Shown piece after piece: positions 55,058 to 64,000 of a DNA stretch of 64,000 nucleotides. The number at the start of each line of letters is the position of its first letter. Within the stretch, counting starts at the first letter, position 1. This stretch comes from an uncultured Planctomycetota bacterium (GTDB taxonomy: Bacteria; Planctomycetota; Planctomycetia; Isosphaerales; Isosphaeraceae): assembly GCA_963823665.1 (NCBI GenBank), contig CAWGMQ010000003.1:1472001-1536000 (forward strand). The letters run 5' to 3'. Under the pieces are notes generated by a model. The model made no database searches. It had not been told where the DNA came from and saw nothing but the letters and a program-made list of their open reading frames with translations. The position numbers were made by a program, and so were the translations under genes.

Positions 55058-55077
55058 TTGAAAAATAAATTTGTCAA
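55058..55077. promoter_or_regulatory. Imperfect inverted repeat, candidate operator overlapping a TTGACA -35 on the minus strand
   Basis: TTGAAAA-ataaat-TTGTCAA in an AT-rich island upstream of the ArsR-type gene. Confidence 0.5.
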
Positions 55078-55200
55078 TAGGCCGGCGCAAGAAATTGCGA
55101 TTGTCGTGAATCTCCCTCAGGAGATCGTTTCGATCTCGAGCGATATAATGGATTACATCGAACGAATGAGAGCGGTCCACTCGCTAGACCAGAGGCCGAC

Positions 55201-56148
55201 GTGACCGAACGAGCCGCGCCCGTTTCAGTACGCTGGCGGAGATTCCTGCGTGTGAGCGTGCGCGGGATGATCGCGCTGGTGCTTTTGATCGGCGCGGGCC
55301 TCGGCTGGATCATCCGCACCGCGCAGATCCAGCGCGACGCGGTTGCGGCGATTCGACAGGCTGGTGGTCGCGTCGCGTACCAGTTCGATTGGGGCAAGGG
55401 TAAAGTGCGGCTGGGGCGACAACCTCCGGTGCCGCAATGGCTCGCGAATTTCATCGGAGTCGACGTGTTCGATCACGTTGCCACCGTCGCGCTGGCCGAG
55501 TCGCAGCAACCGCACGATGCCGCGATTGCACAGCTTGGACGCTTGACCCGATTGCGCGAACTGATTCTCGATGGCTCGTCCGTCGACGACGACGGGCTCG
55601 AGCAACTCAAAGCGCTCAAGCACCTGGTCGCGCTCGACCTTGGCCAGACCCGAATCACCGATAGGGGCCTTATGCATCTCCAGGGTTTTCGAAATCTCGG
55701 AGCCCTCAACCTCAGTCACACCCAGATCACCGGCCTGGGGCTAGCGCACCTCAAGGGGCTTTCCAAACTTTCCTCCCTCGACCTGACCGGCACCCAAGTC
55801 AGCGACGAGGGGCTCGCACATCTCGAGGGATTGACAAACCTCAATTACCTGGTCCTCGACGAAACCGCGGTTTCCGACGCAGGCCTGGCGCATTTGAAGG
55901 GGCTGACTCACCTCTCCTCCCTCGGTTTGGACGCCACCGTGGTCAGCGATGCGGGGCTCCAGCACTTGTCAGGTCTCAGAGACCTCACCTTCCTTAGCCT
56001 TCAGCTTACGCAGATAACCGACGATGGCGTGCCGCATCTGAAGGCCCTCGGCAAACTCTCCGACGTTCTTCTGGGCAGCACTCACGTCAGCGACGAAGGG
56101 GAAACGGAGCTGAAACGGGCCTTGCCGCGGATCCGAGTCTTTCATTAG
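55201..56148 (+). CDS. Membrane-anchored leucine-rich repeat protein (planctomycete type)
   Basis: 'RVSVRGMIALVLLIGAGLGW' anchor; about eight 24-aa repeats 'L..L.L..T.V.D.GL.HL.GL'. Confidence 0.92.
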   Translation: MTERAAPVSVRWRRFLRVSVRGMIALVLLIGAGLGWIIRTAQIQRDAVAAIRQAGGRVAYQFDWGKGKVRLGRQPPVPQWLANFIGVDVFDHVATVALAESQQPHDAAIAQLGRLTRLRELILDGSSVDDDGLEQLKALKHLVALDLGQTRITDRGLMHLQGFRNLGALNLSHTQITGLGLAHLKGLSKLSSLDLTGTQVSDEGLAHLEGLTNLNYLVLDETAVSDAGLAHLKGLTHLSSLGLDATVVSDAGLQHLSGLRDLTFLSLQLTQITDDGVPHLKALGKLSDVLLGSTHVSDEGETELKRALPRIRVFH

Positions 56149-56299
56149 CGGCATCCCAACCACCAGCGTGTCATCATTTCGAGACTGCGATGCACCTGCC
56201 GAGCCGCGTGTTCGGTGGCCTATCAATAAGATCGGATCGCCCGGGAATTGTTCAACACTGTTAAGCACACTTTGAATCCTATGGTGCCATAAGCCCTCG

Positions 56300-56584
56300 A
56301 TGACAAGAGTATTGATCTACTGCGAGCTCGTCTGCCTCATTTTCCTGTGCGCCGCGTCCCTGACCGACGCGCGAATCGCAACCCTGCCCGTATATCTCAG
56401 CCCGGCGCTTGCCGTGGGTTTTTTCTACTGCAACCTCGCGATTTCCGGATTAATCCTCTGGTCGAATTCTCCGTTCTGCGCAGACCGGATCCGTCGACGT
56501 GGGCACGAGCGGCTCTGGAGCGTGCTGGCCGCGTGGATCCTAGGCGCGGCCACGATCTTCGCAATGCTGCCGTCCGATTCTTGA
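56300..56584 (+). CDS. Small hypothetical membrane protein
   Basis: 94 aa with three hydrophobic segments. Confidence 0.45.
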   Translation: MTRVLIYCELVCLIFLCAASLTDARIATLPVYLSPALAVGFFYCNLAISGLILWSNSPFCADRIRRRGHERLWSVLAAWILGAATIFAMLPSDS

Positions 56585-56710
56585 TTGTGTCTTCCGCGCC
56601 TTGTGCAGCCACCGCTTTTGACTCGGCCCTCTATGTCCGCTGCGTTCGTTTCCTTTTGCGCACCGCACGTTGGCCGTCACATCGAGCGCGTCCCTATTGG
56701 CGCCTTTGCG

Positions 56711-56843
56711 AATTTGCGTGAGCCCGTCTTGTCCCGTTCGTTCAATCCGCCCTTCTCCACGAACTCACCCATTTGCGTGAGCCCCTATTTGCCCTTCAAT
56801 TAAATCCAGCTCTCTCCACGATTTCGCCAATTTGCGTGCCATC
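56711..56843. repeat. Degenerate ~59-bp tandem repeat (two full units plus the start of a third)
   Basis: ATTTGCGTGAGCCC...AATCC...TCTCCACGA recurs near 56712 and 56771; ATTTGCGTG again near 56830. Confidence 0.7.
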
Positions 56844-57056
56844 CTCCGGGGTGGCCTTGCGCCCGCGGCTGTGTGATCTTCGATTCCACGAGCCTGATGA
56901 AGTTCTCGATGTGCTACGCAACCTTAGAGGAAAGCGCACCGGACCATCGAGCCTGCCGTGGCCACACGGTACGGCTAGTACACGCATGCATCATGGCGCA
57001 ATTGTCGACAGATCGTTAGATTGAGGATAGAATCCCTGGTTACGGAGATGCACGCG

Positions 57057-57308
57057 ATGATCACACATTTACCAGCCGACCTCGAACAATTCGTCCAGGC
57101 CAAAGTGCGAAGCGGCCGCTTTACTTCGTCCGACGAGGCCATAACCGAGGCAGTGCGGCTACTCCGGCAACGCGAGGAAGCCGAGGAAGCCCGCGTGCTC
57201 GATGGCATTCGCCAGGGACTGGCGGACATGAGGGCCGGGCGCGGACGCCCCGCCGAGGAAGTGTTTGACGAAATCCGGCGAGACTTCAACCTTCCGCCGG
57301 AAACATGA
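57057..57308 (+). CDS. ParD-like ribbon-helix-helix antitoxin
   Basis: 'LPADLEQFVQAKVRSGRFTSSDEAITEAVRLL...IRQGLADMRAGRGRPAEEVF'. Confidence 0.88.
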   Translation: MITHLPADLEQFVQAKVRSGRFTSSDEAITEAVRLLRQREEAEEARVLDGIRQGLADMRAGRGRPAEEVFDEIRRDFNLPPET

Positions 57309-57331
57309 CGTATCGCGTCTCTGAATCCCCC

Positions 57332-58987
57332 ATGAACGCACAAACGGACGTGATCGTCGTCGGCGCTGGCCTCGCCGGCCTGGTTGCCGCGACCGAGATT
57401 GCCGATGACGGCAAGCGAGTGGTCGTCGTCGAACAGGAGGCCGAGCAGAACCTGGGCGGCCAAGCGTTCTGGTCGCTCGGCGGCCTGTTCATGGTCGATA
57501 CGCCCGAGCAGCGCCGGTTCCGGATCAAAGATTCCTACGACCTCGCACTCTCCGATTGGATCGGCACCGCCGGTTTCGATCGCCCCGAAGATTTCTGGCC
57601 GCGGAAGTGGGCCGAGGCCTACGTGGCTTTCGCGACAGGTGAAATGCGCCCCTGGCTGAAGCAGCAGGGAATGAGCTGGTTTCCCGTCGTCGGGTGGGCC
57701 GAGCGCGGCGGCTACGGCGGTTTTGGTCACGGCAACTCCGTGCCGCGGTTTCACATCACCTGGGGATCAGGTCCGGGCGTGGTCGCGCCGTTCCTGCGGC
57801 GAGCCCGCGACGCCGAAAACGCCGGCCGACTCCGGTTCCAATTTCGCCACCGAGTCGATGGGTTGATCGTGACTAATGGCACGGTCGAAGGCATTCACGG
57901 TGCGGTGCTCGAGCCGACGAGCCTCGAGCGCGGCGTGAAAAGCTCGAGAGCGCAAATCGGCGAGTTCACGCTGCGCGCACAAGCCGTGATCATCGCCTCC
58001 GGCGGCATCGGCGGCGACATCGATCTCGTGCGCAAACACTGGCCCGACCGGCTCGGCACGCCTCCAAAATTCATGGTGCAAGGTGTGCCCGACTACGTGG
58101 ACGGCCGCATGCTCACGATCTCCGAAGCCGCCGGGGCCCGCGTGATCAACGGCGACCGCATGTGGCACTACACCGAGGGCCTGCGGAACTGGAACCCGGT
58201 CTGGACGAATCACGGCATCCGCATCCTGCCCGGCCCGTCGTCACTCTGGCTCGACGCAACCGGCAAGCGCCTGCCGCCACCGCTTTACCCGGGCTTCGAT
58301 AACCTGGGAACGCTCGAACACATCATGAAGACCGGACATGACTATTCCTGGTTCGTTCTCAATCAGCGAATCATCCAGAAGGAGTTTGCCCTCTCCGGCT
58401 CCGAGCAGAACCCCGATTTTGTCAACAAGGACTGGCGGGCAGTCGTCGCCCGGGGTCGAGCCAAACGCGCGACAACGCCGGTCGAAGCGTTCAAACAACA
58501 TGGCGCTGATTTCATCGTCGCCGGCAACCTCGACGAGCTGGTGCGACGCATGAACGAGCTGACCGGCAACGACCTGATCGATTGCGCCACAGTGGAACGC
58601 GAGATCAAAGGTCGCGACGCACAACTCGCGAATCCCTTCGGCAAGGACCTGCAAATCGCCGCAATTCGCCAGGCGCGTAATTACCTGGGCGACAAGCTGA
58701 TCCGGACCACAAAGCCGCACCGGATCCTCGATCCGGAAGCCGGCCCGCTCATCGCCGTCAGGCTCAATATCCTGACTCGCAAGACCCTCGGCGGATTGGA
58801 AACCGACCTTTCGGGCCGAGTGTTCGCATCCGACGGAGAAGTTTTCCCCGGCTTGTATGCCGCCGGCGAAGCATCGGGCTTCGGCGGCGGCGGCGTGCAC
58901 GGCTATCGAGCACTCGAGGGAACGTTCCTGGGCGGCTGCATCTTCTCCGGGCGGGCCGCCGGCCGCGCGGCGGCGGCAATCGCCTGA
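57332..58987 (+). CDS. FAD-binding dehydrogenase (KsdD-like)
   Basis: 'VVGAGLAGLVAA', 'GGQAFWSLGGLF', 'GNSVPRFHITWG', 'LYAAGE', 'ALEGTFLGGCIFSGR'. Confidence 0.92.
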   Translation: MNAQTDVIVVGAGLAGLVAATEIADDGKRVVVVEQEAEQNLGGQAFWSLGGLFMVDTPEQRRFRIKDSYDLALSDWIGTAGFDRPEDFWPRKWAEAYVAFATGEMRPWLKQQGMSWFPVVGWAERGGYGGFGHGNSVPRFHITWGSGPGVVAPFLRRARDAENAGRLRFQFRHRVDGLIVTNGTVEGIHGAVLEPTSLERGVKSSRAQIGEFTLRAQAVIIASGGIGGDIDLVRKHWPDRLGTPPKFMVQGVPDYVDGRMLTISEAAGARVINGDRMWHYTEGLRNWNPVWTNHGIRILPGPSSLWLDATGKRLPPPLYPGFDNLGTLEHIMKTGHDYSWFVLNQRIIQKEFALSGSEQNPDFVNKDWRAVVARGRAKRATTPVEAFKQHGADFIVAGNLDELVRRMNELTGNDLIDCATVEREIKGRDAQLANPFGKDLQIAAIRQARNYLGDKLIRTTKPHRILDPEAGPLIAVRLNILTRKTLGGLETDLSGRVFASDGEVFPGLYAAGEASGFGGGGVHGYRALEGTFLGGCIFSGRAAGRAAAAIA

Positions 58988-58988
58988 C

Positions 58989-59701
58989 TTAGCTGTCCAC
59001 CCGTTCGACCAAGCCGCGACGCCGCAGCCTGCGTGCGGCCAGCCCGCATGAAAGTGACCAGGCCAGCCCCGCGAACCATCCCGCAAGTACATCCGTCGGA
59101 TAGTGCACCCCCATGAAGACTCGACTCACGCCGACCAGGAACGTCAAAATCACAGCCACGCAGAAGAAGTAGAGTTTCAGCCGCAGCTCCCGGGAGAGGC
59201 CGGCGAGCATCGAGCCCAGCGTCAGGTACACCACGGCCGAGTTCAGAGAATGGCCGCTGGGAAAGCTAGATGTCATTGCCAGCGACAGATGGGGGACAAC
59301 CTGCGGCCTCGGTCGCTCGAAACGTTCCTTGAGCAAGGCGCTCAAGAGCAGGCCGCCCAAGGTGGCAGCTAGCAACAGAGCGAGCGCTCCGTGCTTTCGG
59401 CTGATCAGCAAGTAGCCGCTCACGGCTGCGGTCACAAGCGAGAGGGCAGCAATTCCCCCGATCGCAGTCAGATCGCGCGCAACCTCTTCCAACCACGATG
59501 GCCCCAAGGTCTTTGCTAAATTGCTCGGATCGCGCGCGCGCGGAGCAACTTTTCGTCGATGTTCCGCGTGGCACCCGATTTCACTCCAATTGCAACCGCG
59601 ATGAACCCGCACACGCACAGCATGATGGCAAGTACGATCAGGAGCTCTGCCACTTCGGCAGGCTTCAGCCGGCCAACCATTTTGCGCAGCGACATGGTCA
59701 T
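58989..59701 (-). CDS. PAP2-family phosphatase; frameshift in the CG run near 59535
   Basis: 'KERFERPRP', 'SFPSGH', 'SRVFMGVHYPTDVLAG'. Confidence 0.9.
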
Positions 59702-59777
59702 GATTCGCAGCGTCCCGTTGTTTCGCACCGCCACAAGGGTTCTAATAGTTTGTACATTCACCCCGGAGAAATAAACC

Positions 59778-60021
59778 GTGCACATTGTCTGGTTTCTCTT
59801 GATCGGTCTCGTGGCTGGCTGGCTGGCCGGCTTGCTGGTGAAGGGACGCGGCTTCGGCTGGCTCGCGAACATGATCGTCGGCGTGATCGGCGCGCTCATT
59901 GGCGGGTTCGTCTTTGGTCAGATTGGTGTGAGCACCGGCGGCACATTGGGCGAGCTCTTCGAGCGCAACCGTGGGGGCCGTCATTCTGCTGTTCCTGCTG
60001 AAAGTCCTCAAAAAAGCGTAA
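59778..60021 (+). CDS. GlsB/YeaQ/YmgE-family membrane protein; 1-nt insertion near 59961
   Basis: 'LLIGLVAGWLAG...G.G...NMIVGVIGALIGG'; corrected end 'SATVGAVILLFLLKVLKKA*'. Confidence 0.88.
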
Positions 60022-60089
60022 GAACAAGGCGTGGTCTCCGTCGTCCCTGCCCATATTCCAGCACGGTCACTCGACCAAGGAATCACACG

Positions 60090-61229
60090 ATGCGAAGCTC
60101 TACCGCGGCGGCATTGGCAATCGCGATCGCCGCACTTCTGCCCGGATCAGCCCGCGCCCAGTACGGGTATCCGGGAGGCTACGGCGGTTACGGCTGGGGA
60201 GGCTGGGGCTCGACCATTCAGGGGAGCACCGCGGCGGGCCTGGGCTATTTCAACATGGGCCGCGGGGCATACAACGAACAGACCGCAGTCGCCCGCTCGA
60301 TCAATAACGACACCTATCTGCGATGGAATCAGTACATGTATTTATCGCAGCAGCATGCGAATACGATGTACCAGAAGCGATTGCGGGCCGAGCACATGCG
60401 GGTCGATCGGGCAAACGCCGCGATCGAAGACCGGCTCAGAAGCCACCCTGAGGAACGCGACATCACCGACGGCGACGCCTTGGAAGTGCTGGTTGACGCG
60501 CTCTTGAACCCCTCGGCCGCGGTGTCGCTCTCGACAATCAAGACACCGCTCAAATCCGAGCTGATCCAGGAAATCCCGTTTCGCGTCGCCTCCGAAGGCG
60601 TGACCATCTGCATCGACCAGATGACGATGAACGAGCAGTGGCCGCTCGCGCTCCGGGTCGACGCGTTCAAGCCCGAACGCGAGGGGCTGCGCAAGGCCGT
60701 GACCCTGGCGCTCGAAGAAGACAAGAAGGGGGATCTCGAGCCCAAGACCGTCGAAAATGTGCAGGCCGCGATTGACCGGCTTCGCAACAAGTTCAACGAG
60801 CTGGTGCCGCCGACCAGTCCCGACTATATCCCGGCGCATGACACCATCAAGGCGATGTCCGGTCTGGCCAGGATGCTCTACAGTCCGAAGATCGAGGAGA
60901 TCCTGGCCGAGCTGGAAGACTACGGCGGAACGACGCTGGGCGAGCTGCTGGCCTTCATGCAGGCTTATAATCTACGATTCGCCAAGGCCAACTCATTTCG
61001 GCAGCGGCGAATCTACATGAAGCTGTATCCCATGCTCCTCGAGCAGGTGAACGGTCGCATCGGGCCGGTTGCTCCCAGCGGAGGGAACGAAGTCGCCGCC
61101 AACGCGCCGGCCGGCAGCGCCGGATCGAAGGCGGTCGAAGGCCTCAAGTCCGCAGCGGTCGATTTCTTCAGGGATATGGACTGGAAGCACTTGAGCGGCA
61201 CCAGCAAGGCGACGGCCGGGGCGCGCTAG
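60090..61229 (+). CDS. Secreted hypothetical protein with Gly/Tyr/Trp-rich N-terminus
   Basis: Signal peptide ending 'SARA-Q', 'YGYPGGYGGYGWGGWGSTIQGS', then a helical body. Confidence 0.8.
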   Translation: MRSSTAAALAIAIAALLPGSARAQYGYPGGYGGYGWGGWGSTIQGSTAAGLGYFNMGRGAYNEQTAVARSINNDTYLRWNQYMYLSQQHANTMYQKRLRAEHMRVDRANAAIEDRLRSHPEERDITDGDALEVLVDALLNPSAAVSLSTIKTPLKSELIQEIPFRVASEGVTICIDQMTMNEQWPLALRVDAFKPEREGLRKAVTLALEEDKKGDLEPKTVENVQAAIDRLRNKFNELVPPTSPDYIPAHDTIKAMSGLARMLYSPKIEEILAELEDYGGTTLGELLAFMQAYNLRFAKANSFRQRRIYMKLYPMLLEQVNGRIGPVAPSGGNEVAANAPAGSAGSKAVEGLKSAAVDFFRDMDWKHLSGTSKATAGAR

Positions 61230-61239
61230 AGGTTTTCCC

Positions 61240-63078
61240 ATGTCGTACGCCCCACTGATCCAACCCGCTGACATAGCCAGCCGGGCGAATCCGTTCGCCC
61301 GCTCGCCGGCGATCAACAGCTTGTTCAATCGCTGCTACGGGTCCGACATCCTCCCTAGCCGCGCCCAGTTTCCGCGCAGCTTCGAGCACGAAGACGTCTT
61401 CGCGAATCTCTATCTTTCCGAGCGGCAGTGGGTCGACGAGGTCGATTTTCCGCCCGAGGACGCACCCGACCGGCACGAGCAATATCTCGACGAGCTGTTC
61501 TGGAGCAAGGAGGTCGCACACGGGCTCATCTGCGTGCTGGGGGCCGTCGGCTCGGGGAAATCAACCCTCGTCGACTATTACCTGCGGTGCTACTGCGGCA
61601 CCAAGGGCCGCAATCGGGCCGAGTTCGACAAGAAGCTGATCGTTCATTTTGATTCCAAGGTGATTCAGGACAACACCGACTTCTATCACGATTTTTTCCT
61701 GTTTGCCCAGTCATCGATTCGCTATCAGTGCAGCCAGAAGGGCTTTGAGATCGACTTGGCGATCAAGCGCCGGCCCACGCAGCCCAACAACGTGCGCGAA
61801 TGGGTGTGGGGTGCCCTCGAAGAGCTCACGCGCATCGCCGACAAGCGCGACCCGGCTGCCCCTTTCCATCACATCGTTCTGGTGGTCGATAACCTCGATC
61901 AAACTCCGCCGGCCGTGCAGATTCGCGCGATCACCGAGGTCGAGCAGTGGCTGCTCACGCCGTCGATCAAGCTGTGGCGCGTGTTCTTGCCACTCTGGCC
62001 GAGCACGTATAACTCGCTGCGGAACCACCGGTTCAACCTCTTGCGGGGGGCGAGCGTGTTCCGCATCGGCGCGATCAACCACGAATTCCTCCTGGAGAAC
62101 TACGATCGGGCGGCGATGCAGCGCTTGAGCGCATCGAGCTCGTCGCTGGAGCGGCAGGCAGCGCAATACTTGAGCGAGATCACCGCGCTCGCGAAGGATC
62201 GTATCCTGCCGCGCATCGAGCGGCTGGCTCACGGCAGCCTTCGGCTCACGCTAGCACTCTGGGACGGCTTCCTGCGTAGCGAGGGCGCTTACAGCATCTG
62301 GCGGCACGCCCAGGCCGCGCCGGGCTCGCGGCGCGGCTATGACTACGAGCTGCTCGATGCCTTGATTGTCGGCGCCTTCACGTCGCTCAACCACGGTTTT
62401 CATCGGGTGGCCAATCTCTTCGCGATGGGCCACGCCCACGCCAAGCCAAGAGACATCCTGATCGGCCCGCACGCTCTGAAGCTGATGCATCAAGGAGTGC
62501 GCTCGCACCGGGCGCTGGCCGACTCGCTTGATACACTCGGCTATTCGGAGCAGAACGTCGAGCATGTCGTCGCCGGGCTGGGAACGTTCAACGTGCTGCA
62601 CCAGGTGCCGAGCCGGGGCGGGCTGATCGAGTATGAGCTGCACGACGCGGTCATCTCTGAATACCTCGAGCTCCTTTCCGAGCCGGCGTACCTGGACGAC
62701 GTGGCGATCGTGACTCCCGTCGACCGCAGCGCGCGCGAATCGATGTATCGCACTCGCGGCGACCGCCCCGAAGACTTCCCGGCCCGCGTGGAAAGCTCGA
62801 TCAGCTTTCTGAGGTTTCTGCGAGAGAATGAAGATCGCTTCCGAGACCCGAGCCAGCTCCGGCCCGGAGTCGATCACGACGCCTTCCGCGAGGCGCTGAC
62901 CAAGAACCCCCTGCCCTGCCTGTGGCGCAGGATGGCCGTTGAATACAAGCAACGACTGATCGGGCTGCGGAATAGCGGATACTTGAAGACGGTGGACGCT
63001 ACGTGGTGGAACAAGCCGCTGGCCGACCCGGTCCTGGCCGGGGCCGAGGATGCGCCGGATGTGCTGGCTCCGCTGTGA
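61240..63078 (+). CDS. STAND/KAP-like P-loop NTPase of unknown function
   Basis: Walker A 'GAVGSGKST', Walker B 'VLVVDNLD', 'LAHGSLR' helix, later winged-helix-like 'LDTLGYSEQNVEHVVAGL'. Confidence 0.75.
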   Translation: MSYAPLIQPADIASRANPFARSPAINSLFNRCYGSDILPSRAQFPRSFEHEDVFANLYLSERQWVDEVDFPPEDAPDRHEQYLDELFWSKEVAHGLICVLGAVGSGKSTLVDYYLRCYCGTKGRNRAEFDKKLIVHFDSKVIQDNTDFYHDFFLFAQSSIRYQCSQKGFEIDLAIKRRPTQPNNVREWVWGALEELTRIADKRDPAAPFHHIVLVVDNLDQTPPAVQIRAITEVEQWLLTPSIKLWRVFLPLWPSTYNSLRNHRFNLLRGASVFRIGAINHEFLLENYDRAAMQRLSASSSSLERQAAQYLSEITALAKDRILPRIERLAHGSLRLTLALWDGFLRSEGAYSIWRHAQAAPGSRRGYDYELLDALIVGAFTSLNHGFHRVANLFAMGHAHAKPRDILIGPHALKLMHQGVRSHRALADSLDTLGYSEQNVEHVVAGLGTFNVLHQVPSRGGLIEYELHDAVISEYLELLSEPAYLDDVAIVTPVDRSARESMYRTRGDRPEDFPARVESSISFLRFLRENEDRFRDPSQLRPGVDHDAFREALTKNPLPCLWRRMAVEYKQRLIGLRNSGYLKTVDATWWNKPLADPVLAGAEDAPDVLAPL

Positions 63079-63131
63079 GAGCGTGTTGCGATGGACACAA
63101 AAGGGCCGCGCCTGGCGCGGGGTACTTTCCG

Positions 63132-64000
63132 ATGACAGACGTCTTGCGCCAGGCCTTACGATCCCATTTCGGCTTCGACCGATTCCTTCCCGGCCAGGAG
63201 GAGGTCATCGGTCATTTGCTTGCGGGAAAATCGGCCGCAGCGGTCTTTCCCACCGGGGGCGGCAAGTCGCTCTGCTATCAGTTGCCGGCCCTCCTGTTGC
63301 CCGGCATGACTTTGGTCGTCTCTCCGTTGATCGCCTTGATGAAGGATCAGATCGACGGCCTGTTGCGTCGTGGTATTGCCGCAGCCAGGCTCGATTCGAC
63401 GCTCTCCGCCGACGAGTACGCCGAGACAATGCGACAGGCGCGGAATGGATCGCTGCGATTGCTTTACGTCGCCCCGGAACGGTTTCAAAATGAGCGATTT
63501 CGCGAGGCCATCGGCAGGATCCGCGTGGCACTCTTTGCGATTGACGAGGCGCATTGTATTTCGGAGTGGGGGCATAACTTCCGGCCCGACTATCTCAAGC
63601 TGGTTGAGTTCGCCCGCCAATGCCGCGCCGAGCGTCTCCTGGCGCTGACCGCGACGGCCACACCGCACGTGCTCGAAGACGTGTGCCGTGCCTTCAATAT
63701 CGAGCCGGAGTGCGCAATTCGCAACAGTTGCTATCGTCCCAACCTCACCGTGCTGACGATGGCAGTCAGCGGTGCGGAACACGAGCCGCGGTTGTTAGAG
63801 CGGCTGCGCGAGCGGCCCGCTGGTCCAACGATCATTTATGTGACCTTGCAACGCTCGGCGGAAGAGCTCGCCGCGCGGCTAAGAGAAGAAGGGTTCCCCG
63901 CCCGTGCGTATCACGCCGGACTGGAAAGCGACGTGCGCGGGGAGGTACAGGATTGGTTCATGAATTCGACGGGCGGGATCGTCGTCGCAACGATCGCCTT
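63132..64000 (+). CDS. recQ: RecQ-family DNA helicase, 3'-partial (no stop, so missing from the ORF track)
   Basis: Manual translation: 'HFGFDRFLPGQ', 'PTGGGKSLCYQLPA', 'SPLIALMKDQ', 'IDEAHCISEWGHNFRPDY', 'YHAGL', 'VATIA'. Confidence 0.93.
   Translation, partial: MTDVLRQALRSHFGFDRFLPGQEEVIGHLLAGKSAAAVFPTGGGKSLCYQLPALLLPGMTLVVSPLIALMKDQIDGLLRRGIAAARLDSTLSADEYAETMRQARNGSLRLLYVAPERFQNERFREAIGRIRVALFAIDEAHCISEWGHNFRPDYLKLVEFARQCRAERLLALTATATPHVLEDVCRAFNIEPECAIRNSCYRPNLTVLTMAVSGAEHEPRLLERLRERPAGPTIIYVTLQRSAEELAARLREEGFPARAYHAGLESDVRGEVQDWFMNSTGGIVVATIA

Noticed and set aside
59778..61229. 483-aa fusion of a GlsB/YeaQ protein to a secreted protein
   Set aside because: A 1-nt insertion near 59961 hides the natural GlsB end (TAA at 60019-60021); the second gene has its own start and signal peptide

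Overview
High-GC bacterial chromosome segment, most likely from a planctomycete, probably Isosphaeraceae-like. This is inferred from a LEPRxLL-type signal, PVC-style LRR and beta-propeller proteins, the absence of L30 and the S3/L16 overlap. 1-7.2 kb holds carbohydrate and housekeeping genes. 7.4-26.4 kb on the minus strand is the S10-spc-alpha ribosomal cluster (fusA, rpsJ through secY, map, rpmJ, rpsM, rpsK, rpsD, rpoA, rplQ); rpsL, rpsG, tuf, rpmD, adk and infA are not in it. 26.6-64 kb is accessory: a REP/BIME-like array beside a duplicated GNAT gene, several toxin-antitoxin loci whose toxin is broken (one by a 148-bp MITE carrying REP hairpins), a five-gene EmrA-TolC-X-Y-MFS export operon, katG, an orphan CAP12-type TIR protein, an S41 peptidase, an ArsR/SRPBCC pair, an LRR protein, a KsdD-like dehydrogenase, a STAND-like NTPase and a partial RecQ. 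Many genes, including essential ribosomal genes, carry single-base frameshifts that are almost certainly long-read consensus errors, so frameshift alone is not treated as pseudogenisation. No rRNA, tRNA or CRISPR array was recognised. All family calls are by motif recognition; no database searches were run.
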